The translations under genes and the position numbers were made by a program. This document shows positions 1 to 7,363 of a stretch of DNA of 64,000 bases, piece by piece; positions within the stretch are counted from its first letter, which is position 1; every line of letters starts with the position of its first letter. The notes under the pieces were generated by a model. It was not told where the DNA came from. It saw only the letters and a program-made list of their open reading frames with translations, and did not search any database. Origin of the DNA: Candidatus Zixiibacteriota bacterium (GTDB lineage: Bacteria > Zixibacteria > MSB-5A5 > GN15 > JACZUZ01); assembly GCA_024280775.1 (NCBI GenBank), contig JAJRPM010000014.1, forward strand, positions 78,477 to 142,476, given 5' to 3'.

Positions 1-740
1 CTGGTTATAATTATTTCGCTGTCGCAATTTAGCGCTTCGCGCAATGCTGTTTCGGTATCAACTAATGGAGCGCTGTGGTCTGTACGCTCGCAAAACAGTT
101 TAATAAGCGCTGTGATGGTGTAGCGATTAGAATTGTAAATCTGCCCGAATTTAATTTTCTCACCCGGCTCCACTAACTCATCACCGGTGGTAAAGACCGC
201 TACAACTGGCTTGCGAATGACACTTGCTTGCGTGAGTCCCATGCTTGCGAGAATACCGACTTCCCAAGCGCGCATCTTATGGCCCGCCCTAAAGATCGTT
301 TCTCCTTCACGCATGTCTTCACCGCAGGGACGGATATTTGCGCCGAGTTTTGGTTGCACTGTGAAAGTGACGACGCTCTCCGTAAACGTTGTATCTTCAA
401 CTTTTATTACTGTGTCATAGCTTTCGGGAACCGGGGCCCCGGTCATTATTTTCAATGCGCCACTGGCGCAACCTTCTAACTCTTTTGGCGGATCACCGCC
501 AGCGTATGACACACCTGCGATAGACAACGTTACAGGTGCATCGACAGAGCAGTCTTGGAGTAACTTAGCGCTCACCGCAAATCCGTCCATGGCGGAATTG
601 CGAAAACTGGAGACATCAATCGGGGCAACGATATCTCTGGCCAATACACATCCGACCAAGTCATCAAGCGGAACATCGTGAGGCTCCAACACTGTCACGC
701 TGTTGATGATTGTCTCTAACGCTGTTTCTAGATCAATCAC
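1..740 (-). CDS. moeA: Molybdopterin molybdenumtransferase MoeA, N-terminal ~246 codons; the gene runs off the left edge of the window
   Basis: This is not a single ORF in the track because no stop lies inside the window. My own minus-strand translation from GTG 738-740 reads VIDLETALETIINSV..VSSFRNSAMDGFAV..ALKIMTGAPVPESYD..GANIRPCGEDMREGE..DSEIIITS with no stop down to base 1. These are classic MoeA motifs. It starts 3 nt after the moaB stop. Confidence 0.8.
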   Translation of the reverse strand, partial: MIDLETALETIINSVTVLEPHDVPLDDLVGCVLARDIVAPIDVSSFRNSAMDGFAVSAKLLQDCSVDAPVTLSIAGVSYAGGDPPKELEGCASGALKIMTGAPVPESYDTVIKVEDTTFTESVVTFTVQPKLGANIRPCGEDMREGETIFRAGHKMRAWEVGILASMGLTQASVIRKPVVAVFTTGDELVEPGEKIKFGQIYNSNRYTITALIKLFCERTDHSAPLVDTETALREALNCDSEIIIT

Positions 741-743
741 TGC

Positions 744-1262
744 TTATACCTCTTTTGCGCAGTCATTTATTTCGCTTGCTAGGAGTTTGAGTGGATGTTC
801 AATAGTTGGAAGCAGGAACTCTAGCGACTCTCGCACTGCCTTTGGTGAGCCGGGGAGGTTTATGATGAATGTTGAGCCTGCAATACCGGAAACTCCTCGT
901 GAATACATTGCGTACTTGGCTTTGGTGGCGCTGAACCTACGAAGCGCCTCATCGACTCCAGGCGTGGGACGCTCTAACAGCCGGGCAGTTACCTCCGGTG
1001 TATTGTCACGCGCGGCGCATCCGGTGCCTCCACTGGTTAGGACAAGTTGTATTCTGTTATCTATGCAAACTTGTAGCGCCTGTGTAATTTCTTCAGGAGT
1101 GTCACTAACTATGTCCGTACGTGTTACTTCAAACAGCGTGTTATCGAGAGCAGCACAAAACACAGGTATACAACCATCCTCGCGCTCGCCCGAGGACGCT
1201 CTATCGGAAATTATTATTATCGCTACGCTGTATGGCATACGCTCTTTACTTTTTCGTATCAC
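744..1262 (-). CDS. moaB: Molybdenum cofactor biosynthesis protein B / MogA-family (MoCF_biosynth domain)
   Basis: The 172-aa ORF contains ..IIIISDRASSGEREDG..LVLTSGGTGCAARDNTPE..INLPGSPKA. The GTG start overlaps the moaC stop (GTGA); an alternative ATG lies at 1238. Confidence 0.85.
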   Translation of the reverse strand: MIRKSKERMPYSVAIIIISDRASSGEREDGCIPVFCAALDNTLFEVTRTDIVSDTPEEITQALQVCIDNRIQLVLTSGGTGCAARDNTPEVTARLLERPTPGVDEALRRFSATKAKYAMYSRGVSGIAGSTFIINLPGSPKAVRESLEFLLPTIEHPLKLLASEINDCAKEV

Positions 1263-1753
1263 GAAGACTTATTGGTGAAGTCACCTGATTTCCCGCCGCG
1301 CTTTTCTAACAACATCAAATCTGTTATGACAATATCCTTTTGGAGAGCCTTTAGCATATCGTAGATTGTAAGAGCTGTAACACTGCAAGCAGTCAGAGCT
1401 TCCATTTCTACTCCGGTGTTCCACTCGCAGTTTACTTGCGCTTGCACTGTTACAGAGCGCCTGCTGTCATCCTGGGTAAACGCAATGCCTACACTATTCA
1501 ATGGAATTTGATGGCATAGCGGGATTAACTCTGCGGTTTTCTTGGCCGCTTGTATTCCGGCGATTTTGGCGACAGTTAGCACATCACCTTTGGCGCTTTT
1601 GTTTTCTCTTAGCGCTGTGTAGGTTTCATTATTCAGCAACACTGTCACTGATGCCGTTGCTGTGCGTATTGTTAGTGTTTTACCCGCGGTGTCTACCATC
1701 TTAGCGCGACCGTGTTCATCTACATGACTTAAGTTCTTACTCAAATGACCCAT
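1259..1753 (-). CDS. moaC: Cyclic pyranopterin monophosphate synthase MoaC
   Basis: The ORF contains LSHVDEHGRAKMVD..IAGIQAAKKTAELIPLCHQIPL..GVEMEALTACSVTALTIYDMLKA. I use the internal ATG at 1751-1753, 3 nt after the moaA stop; the track's 1816 start would overlap moaA by 60 nt. Confidence 0.9.
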   Translation of the reverse strand: MGHLSKNLSHVDEHGRAKMVDTAGKTLTIRTATASVTVLLNNETYTALRENKSAKGDVLTVAKIAGIQAAKKTAELIPLCHQIPLNSVGIAFTQDDSRRSVTVQAQVNCEWNTGVEMEALTACSVTALTIYDMLKALQKDIVITDLMLLEKRGGKSGDFTNKSS

Positions 1754-1755
1754 CA

Positions 1756-2700
1756 CTAGCCCCCGATTTCTGATAGTGATGGTAGGAATTGTCCTTTGAC
1801 TGCCTTGGTGTGACAACCGACAAAACGCTTTTGCGCCATGAAACCGTCTATCTTAGTCTCGGCCGTTTGGTAGCCGTCTTCGAGCATTTCGAAAAGATCC
1901 ATGCGGTGTCCTGAGAATAAGCAACTGTATAGCATTCCATCTGAGGCCAAACGGATGCGGTTGCAGTTTGTGCAAAATGGTTTGCTGACAGAGTTGATGA
2001 AACCAACCTGGATTTTCAGGTCGGGGGAACTGTAATATCTGGCTGGTGAGGCTTTTTCGGTTGGCGCCGGAGCGAAGGCGTAGCCGATGTGGCGCATAGT
2101 GTCAGCGCCGGAGACGAAACCGCGATTTGACGAGGCGCTGTAGCGGGTGGGCATGAATTCGATGAAACGCATGTCCACGCCCAAGTCATTGGCGAAATCC
2201 ACCATGTCTTTGGATTCAGTGTCGTTGACACCTTTTACCACTACGCAGTTTAGTTTCACATTCGGAATCACTCGCACTGCTTCGCGGATTCCTTCCACTA
2301 CTTTGTCAAAACAATCTACGGTTGTGATGGCTCGGAACTTGTCGGGGTCTACGGTGTCGATGCTGATGTTGACACTGTCTAGTCCTGCATCGGCTAGCGC
2401 TCGGGCTTTGCGTTTTAGGAGGCGGCCATTGGTGGTTATTGCAACGGGCATTGATGAGTCAAGCGACTTGGTGTAAGCAATCAATTCTTCTACTTGCGGG
2501 TAAAGCGTTGGCTCACCACCGGTGAAACGCACCCGTTGGATTCCCAGATGATGCATCAGTTTTATGGACTGTTTGAATTGCTCAGGGTCGGTGAAGTCTG
2601 ATGGACCGTAGGACTGGATTGACGGAGGTCGACAGTAGAAACAATTGAAATTGCAGGCCTTCAATAGTGACACTCTTAGGTATTTCATTCTATCATTCAT
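1756..2700 (-). CDS. moaA: GTP 3',8-cyclase MoaA (radical SAM)
   Basis: The 314-aa ORF has the N-terminal radical-SAM cluster motif LLKACNFNCFYCRP and the C-terminal second-cluster motif CTNCNRIRLASDG. It ends in TAG at 1756-1758. Confidence 0.95.
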   Translation of the reverse strand: MNDRMKYLRVSLLKACNFNCFYCRPPSIQSYGPSDFTDPEQFKQSIKLMHHLGIQRVRFTGGEPTLYPQVEELIAYTKSLDSSMPVAITTNGRLLKRKARALADAGLDSVNISIDTVDPDKFRAITTVDCFDKVVEGIREAVRVIPNVKLNCVVVKGVNDTESKDMVDFANDLGVDMRFIEFMPTRYSASSNRGFVSGADTMRHIGYAFAPAPTEKASPARYYSSPDLKIQVGFINSVSKPFCTNCNRIRLASDGMLYSCLFSGHRMDLFEMLEDGYQTAETKIDGFMAQKRFVGCHTKAVKGQFLPSLSEIGG

Positions 2701-2729
2701 AATACAGCCCCGTATTGCTTTCTACTCGG

Positions 2730-3245
2730 TTACAACTCTATTTCTTTTTGATTCCAACTTTTGTCACTGCTAAAGTTTCCAGCTAGTATAAAGTCTGCTA
2801 ACGCACCTAGTTCATCGTCATTGAAATGCTTGATTTCATAATCCAAGCGCTCTGCGCCATAGCTTGCTACTATGCCTTTTGGTAATTGTCCTTTTAGCGC
2901 TTCTTTGTTGCGGGTCAGGAATAGTTTCGGACGGTCGGAGGATTTGTCACCTTCGACTAGGCAGATGTCAAAATTTTCGGCGATGATTTTCCAGACGGCT
3001 TGTTGGAATTCCTCCTGCGGCAGAGCGAAGAGCGCCATTTCGGATTTGCCGATGGCCATTGTGAGTCCTGCGCCGGATTGACGGTGACGGTAGGAGTCTT
3101 TGCCTTCGGTGTCGAATGTATGCTGGTGGCCGGTATGTTTTACTGTGGCTACTTTCATTCGTTTTGCAACTAGCAGTGGGATTAGCTTTTCAACCAATGT
3201 TGTTTTGCCGGAGTTTTTTGCGCCGACTATTCCAAACTCAATCAT
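2730..3245 (-). CDS. mobB: Molybdopterin-guanine dinucleotide biosynthesis adapter MobB
   Basis: The 171-aa ORF has the P-loop GAKNSGKTTL followed by VATVKHTGHQH.F.DTEGKDSYRH. Its start overlaps the mobA stop by 4 nt. Confidence 0.9.
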   Translation of the reverse strand: MIEFGIVGAKNSGKTTLVEKLIPLLVAKRMKVATVKHTGHQHTFDTEGKDSYRHRQSGAGLTMAIGKSEMALFALPQEEFQQAVWKIIAENFDICLVEGDKSSDRPKLFLTRNKEALKGQLPKGIVASYGAERLDYEIKHFNDDELGALADFILAGNFSSDKSWNQKEIEL

Positions 3246-3859
3246 CTTGGCGCCTCTTCCCTGTTACAACTTTGGTGTATATCTTCAGGGGTGTTGATAT
3301 TGCGCCATGAAGTTTTTTGCATGGGAGTGAGCCGGTAGTTTAGCCCTTCGATAATTCTCCAAAGTTGATATGGCTCATTTCTCAGAGCGACTTTGCGAAA
3401 CTCACTTAGCGCCTTGGTTGCATAGATCCCGCAGAGCGGTTGGATGCGTCCTGACTCACTGATTCCAAGATAGTCTTCACCGTGATAGTTTTGCTGGAGT
3501 GTTTGTATTGTTGCTTCGTCAATGTCGGCCAAATCTGCGGCAATTATGAAACATGAATCCTCAGAGCGCTGGGTACAATCATTGAGCGCGGCTATTACTC
3601 CGCCTAGAGGCCCTGGCGCATCTGGAAAGTCTATCAACACTGGCGCTTTGAATTCGCTGAATTTTTCTGAGTCTTTGGCTACTATGCTCACTTGTTCGAA
3701 GGCGGCTCGACATATTCGTAGTGTATGCGCTAGCAGCGGTTCGCCGTCGACTGATACGAAGAGCTTGTCACGACCCATTCTACTGCTGGCTCCACCTGCC
3801 AGTACATAGGCGCTTCTGGGCGCTGACTTGATGTTCGGATGTGAGTCTGTGTTGTTCAT
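3242..3859 (-). CDS. mobA: Molybdenum cofactor guanylyltransferase MobA
   Basis: The ORF contains AYVLAGGASSRMGRDKLF.., the MobA signature. I prefer the ATG at 3857-3859 (MNNTDSHPN..), because the 20-codon upstream extension in the track runs through an intrinsic terminator hairpin. Confidence 0.85.
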   Translation of the reverse strand: MNNTDSHPNIKSAPRSAYVLAGGASSRMGRDKLFVSVDGEPLLAHTLRICRAAFEQVSIVAKDSEKFSEFKAPVLIDFPDAPGPLGGVIAALNDCTQRSEDSCFIIAADLADIDEATIQTLQQNYHGEDYLGISESGRIQPLCGIYATKALSEFRKVALRNEPYQLWRIIEGLNYRLTPMQKTSWRNINTPEDIHQSCNREEAPR

Positions 3860-3892
3860 TGTCAATTTCCACTTACGTAAGAAGCCACTTAC

Positions 3893-3923
3893 GAAAAAAT
3901 CCGTGACCGGTTTGGCCACGGAT
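3893..3923 (-). terminator. Intrinsic terminator between narI and mobA; possible expression platform of the leader described below
   Basis: The minus strand reads ATCCGTGGCC-AAACC-GGTCACGGAT (10-bp stem with one G.U, 5-nt loop) followed by a run of six T. Confidence 0.6.
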
Positions 3924-4109
3924 TATGAACGCCAGAGGCTATCTGGAATCGACAATTCGTGTTCTGCTTCTTTGCCAAACCGGGCAGGCCGGAAAATTAC
4001 TTCTCGGGCCGTAGAGTCCCAACCGACCGCTTGGGCCGTGGAGGGTTCGAAGCTGAAACTAATGTAATTAATCTTTGCTCTTACTTCAAATGCTAATTCT
4101 CTCCAACTA
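3924..4109 (-). promoter_or_regulatory. Structured leader upstream of the Moco operon (candidate attenuator or riboswitch)
   Basis: On the RNA, 5'-CCGGUUUGGC (3983-3974) is perfectly complementary to GCCAAACCGG (3916-3907), which forms the top of the terminator hairpin, so it can act as an antiterminator. Upstream there is a CCCAA/UUGGG helix and a duplicated ACGGCCC motif. Confidence 0.3.
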
Positions 4110-4826
4110 TTATACGCGGTCGCGTAATTTCGCTATTAAGGAACGGTTCTTATACCAACGCACCACCTGATGGCGACGCCACAAATATGGATTCGGAGCT
4201 ACTAGGACATGCACTAATCGTGTGAAGGGGAAAATCCCAATCAAGATGAAGGCGTTGATGATGTGTAATTTCACCGCCAACGGCAATGCTGTCACGTAGT
4301 TGACATCAGGACTGAATTTCGCGATTGACCACAAGTAAGGAGTCATCGCGCCGGAGAACCATGACGAACCCCAACGATGAAAGAGCGCCATGTATAGTCC
4401 CAAGACAATTTGAATGAGCAAAAACACCAGCAACAACCAATCAGTAGGACTGGTGACCATGCGCACCTTGGTGTTGTTCATACGTCTGCGAATCAAAGCT
4501 ATGATACCAATAAACGATAGCGCCGCGAATGCGAACATCACTGCCTCCAAAATATAGAGACGCACCGGAACACTGTTCCAATTGAGAACCAGTTTTGGTA
4601 AGAGGAACATCATTATGTGGCCGGTTAGAACCACAATCAAGCCATAATGGAAAGGCACCATGCCCCAGAAGTGAGTTTTGTTCTCCAGAAACTGTGAGGA
4701 TAGACTGGAGAAGGTAAACTTATGGATTCGGTAACGTTGGATAGTGACGAAGAAGAACGTAAATAACGCCACATACGGAAAAACTCCGAACAATATCTGA
4801 TCCAGTAGCAATCCTGAACTATCCAT
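4110..4826 (-). CDS. narI: Respiratory nitrate reductase gamma subunit NarI (dihaem b membrane subunit)
   Basis: A polytopic membrane ORF with His-containing helices (..FWGMVPFHYGLIVVLTGHIM.., ..LAVKLHIINAFILIGIFPFTRLVHVL..). Its position after narJ fits. The start may be 4826 (MDSSGLL) or 4844. Confidence 0.9.
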   Translation of the reverse strand: MDSSGLLLDQILFGVFPYVALFTFFFVTIQRYRIHKFTFSSLSSQFLENKTHFWGMVPFHYGLIVVLTGHIMMFLLPKLVLNWNSVPVRLYILEAVMFAFAALSFIGIIALIRRRMNNTKVRMVTSPTDWLLLVFLLIQIVLGLYMALFHRWGSSWFSGAMTPYLWSIAKFSPDVNYVTALPLAVKLHIINAFILIGIFPFTRLVHVLVAPNPYLWRRHQVVRWYKNRSLIAKLRDRV

Positions 4827-5379
4827 GCGCAACTTCCTTCCCATTCTTATCTGTATGACTCTCCGCGTGACGCGCTTTGACGTCTGCGTGAATCGTTTTT
4901 AACACTTTTACATACGGATTCTCAAGACCTTTAAGTCCAGAGAACATTTTATCCATAGCCGGAACAACATAGCCAGTAGCAAATGAGTTTGCTTCAACTT
5001 CATCCATGCGTCCGAGGGCGCGTAACACCTGTGAGAGGTGATCAGGTAACTCGGAGGTTTCGGCGATGTCCAACCGTCTTAGAGCTTGGCGCATGTGAAC
5101 AATGAATGCGCCACGCTCGTAGTTTTCGGCATAGAGTTGCCAGCCTACTTCCAGCGCGCATTTGGTATTTATATCGAAGGTCCGTGTGAAAAGCTCTTCG
5201 AGATCTTCGATTTCTTTACCTTCAACGGCTTCCACGAATTCCTGCAGGAAATCACAGCCAGCGGATTTTGCCAGATGCATTTCCTGCAAACAAATCTTCA
5301 GTGACTCATGGAAACCCGGCTGAGGATATTGAAGCAATCCTCCCAGAGAATCATATAGTTTGGCTTTGGAGTAACTCAT
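4819..5379 (-). CDS. narJ: Nitrate reductase assembly chaperone NarJ (delta subunit)
   Basis: A 186-aa acidic ORF between narH and narI, with the NarJ/TorD-like pattern ..FTRTFDIN..CALEVGWQLYAENYERGAF..LPDHLS. It ends in TAG at 4819-4821. Confidence 0.85.
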   Translation of the reverse strand: MSYSKAKLYDSLGGLLQYPQPGFHESLKICLQEMHLAKSAGCDFLQEFVEAVEGKEIEDLEELFTRTFDINTKCALEVGWQLYAENYERGAFIVHMRQALRRLDIAETSELPDHLSQVLRALGRMDEVEANSFATGYVVPAMDKMFSGLKGLENPYVKVLKTIHADVKARHAESHTDKNGKEVAHG

Positions 5380-5397
5380 AAGTTTCTACCGACCTCT

Positions 5398-6888
5398 CTA
5401 TAAACCTCTATGTGGTCCGGAGACAAATCCGAATCCGGCTTCCTGCTTGCGCACCATCGGATCCTGAAGCGCTTCTAGAGCTTCCTCGCGATGTGACGGC
5501 GGGATTACAAATCTGTCATCAACTGTGCAAAGCGATGTCAGCTTGTAAATCGCTTCGGCTTCTTCGACTGAGCAATCAGCGGCCGCAAGCATCTTTTTGG
5601 CGGTTTCCATGGTGATATCACCAACGGTTACCGCGCGTCGATACCAGCGCACTGCTTTTTGTTTTTTCAGAGCATAGAGAACTGGTTCGGTTTGTCCAGC
5701 TCCGAATAGGTTAGCGAGAAACTCCAGCGGCACCCGTGATTCTTCAATGTCATGGAAGAATTCATCAGTGACACTCTTGAGTTTGCCATCCTTCTGCGCG
5801 GCCATCACTGGTGACATTGGCGGTACATAGAACAACATCGGCAAAGTTCGGAATTCAATATGCGGCGGTAAGGCGAGTTTCCAAACTTTCACAAATTGAT
5901 AAACCGGTGATTCCTGCGCGGCTTTGATAACCGATTCCTGAATGCCATTGGCTCGCGCCCCGGCGATGACTTTATCGTCATTCGGATCGAGAATCATCGA
6001 ACGATGTCCCTCTATCAGACCTTCGTCGGAGAGACGCGCAATTTCTTCGATTCTATCTGCGTCATAGAGCAGAACTCCCAAGTAGCGGATTCTTCCAACA
6101 CATGAATGGAAACACGCCGGGGCCTGACCGGTTTCGATGCGCGGGTAGCAGAGAATACATTTCTCGGACTTACCTGTGCTCCAATTGTAGAACACCTTTT
6201 TGTAAGGACAGGCGGCGATACATGAGCGCCAGGCGCGGCAACGCTTTTGATCTACCAATACAATGCCGTCTTCGCCGCGTTTATATAGAGCGCCAGAGGG
6301 ACATGAGGCCACACAAGCGGGGTTCAAACAATGATTACAAATACGCGGGAAGTAGAAGAACACCATTTGTTCAATCGCTGAGAGTTGCTGACGTTGTTGC
6401 TCTGTCAGGGTGCTCAGATTTGGATCGTTCTTGGCGTAGGCCGGTGTGCCACTTAGATCATCGTCCCAGTTCGGACCGGATTCGATGTCAATGTATTCAC
6501 CGGTGACCATCGAAATCGGCTTGGCTGTCGGTTGATCATCACCTTCAGGCGCATTGAAAAGATTTTGATAGTCATAAGTCCACGGCTCGTAGTAATCATC
6601 CATACTCGGCTGGCTGGGATTGTGGAAAATGTTCGCCACAATGCGGGCCTTGCCGGTGGATTTCAAACGGAGCTTGCCTTTATTTTTCTCCCAACCGCCC
6701 TTGAACTTTTCCTGGTCTTCCCATAATGCAGGATAACCGGTTCCAGGTTTGGTTTCGACATTGTTCCACCACATGTACTCAGTGCCTTTGCGGTCGGTCC
6801 AAATGTTTTTGCAAGCAATACTGCAGGTATGACATCCAATACACTTATCGAGATGGAAAGTCATCGCAATTTGAGATCTTACATTCAT
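5398..6888 (-). CDS. narH: Respiratory nitrate reductase beta subunit NarH (Fe-S)
   Basis: The 496-aa ORF has the ferredoxin-type cysteine clusters CIGCHTCSIACK, CNHCLNPACVASCPSGA, CRAWRSCIAACPY and CILCYPR, plus the lone W-containing cluster typical of NarH. Confidence 0.95.
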   Translation of the reverse strand: MNVRSQIAMTFHLDKCIGCHTCSIACKNIWTDRKGTEYMWWNNVETKPGTGYPALWEDQEKFKGGWEKNKGKLRLKSTGKARIVANIFHNPSQPSMDDYYEPWTYDYQNLFNAPEGDDQPTAKPISMVTGEYIDIESGPNWDDDLSGTPAYAKNDPNLSTLTEQQRQQLSAIEQMVFFYFPRICNHCLNPACVASCPSGALYKRGEDGIVLVDQKRCRAWRSCIAACPYKKVFYNWSTGKSEKCILCYPRIETGQAPACFHSCVGRIRYLGVLLYDADRIEEIARLSDEGLIEGHRSMILDPNDDKVIAGARANGIQESVIKAAQESPVYQFVKVWKLALPPHIEFRTLPMLFYVPPMSPVMAAQKDGKLKSVTDEFFHDIEESRVPLEFLANLFGAGQTEPVLYALKKQKAVRWYRRAVTVGDITMETAKKMLAAADCSVEEAEAIYKLTSLCTVDDRFVIPPSHREEALEALQDPMVRKQEAGFGFVSGPHRGL

Positions 6889-6907
6889 TATACTCTTTCC
6901 TCTCGAG

Positions 6908-7363
6908 TTACCAGATTAGTTCAGGTAGTTTACGCACCAAAATGTGTGTGTCACGGTTACAACCTACCGGACCCCAATAGTTGAAATGGAAAGTAAACTG
7001 TCCATAGCCACCGGCCATCAGGCTCGGTTTCAACCTTGTGCGTGTTAGTGAATTATGTCCACCTGCGCGGCGATTTCCTCGCAGGGGTGATTTTGGCACA
7101 GAGTATGTGCGCTCTGGTGAGTGATATTGAATACACACACCAGGTGGAATTCGATAACTTACAACTGCGCGTGTCACTACCACACCGTGGTCATTGTGCA
7201 TCTCCACCCAGTCATTGTCATCAATTCCAATGGTCTTAGCGTCCTTTTCACTAATCCACAGTGGCTCTACACCGCGAGAGAGCGTGGTCATTCTTTGGTT
7301 GTCACCATAGGTGGAATGTATATGCCATTTACCATGCGGCGTGAGGTAATTCAGCGCTATTGA
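6908..7363 (-). CDS. narG: NarG C-terminal segment (151 codons), in the same frame as and contiguous with the upstream narG ORF after an in-frame TAG
   Basis: The codons immediately after TAG 7364-7366 read [82 protein letters not shown]. This is the NarG C-terminal beta-barrel domain. The track ORF (6908-7291) only begins at the first Met. Confidence 0.85.
   Translation of the reverse strand, partial: SIALNYLTPHGKWHIHSTYGDNQRMTTLSRGVEPLWISEKDAKTIGIDDNDWVEMHNDHGVVVTRAVVSYRIPPGVCIQYHSPERTYSVPKSPLRGNRRAGGHNSLTRTRLKPSLMAGGYGQFTFHFNYWGPVGCNRDTHILVRKLPELIW

Noticed and set aside
703-1278. Other long antisense or shadow ORFs in the track: 703-1278(+), 42223-42666(+), 61383-61844(+), 62871-63368(+), 30336-30749(+), 52286-52723(-), 27827-28267(-).
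   Set aside because: Each is fully contained in a gene on the opposite strand, or in another frame, that has strong family motifs (moaB, lpd, the YeiH-like gene, lon, recQ, the fibre protein, the M64 protein). Their own translations are featureless.
1756-4821. Genome-wide reassignment of TAG, as an explanation for the in-frame TAG in narG.
   Set aside because: moaA (stop at 1756-1758) and narJ (stop at 4819-4821) both terminate with TAG at the expected protein lengths and are immediately followed by the next gene. TAG therefore functions as a stop in this genome, and any readthrough in narG would have to be local.
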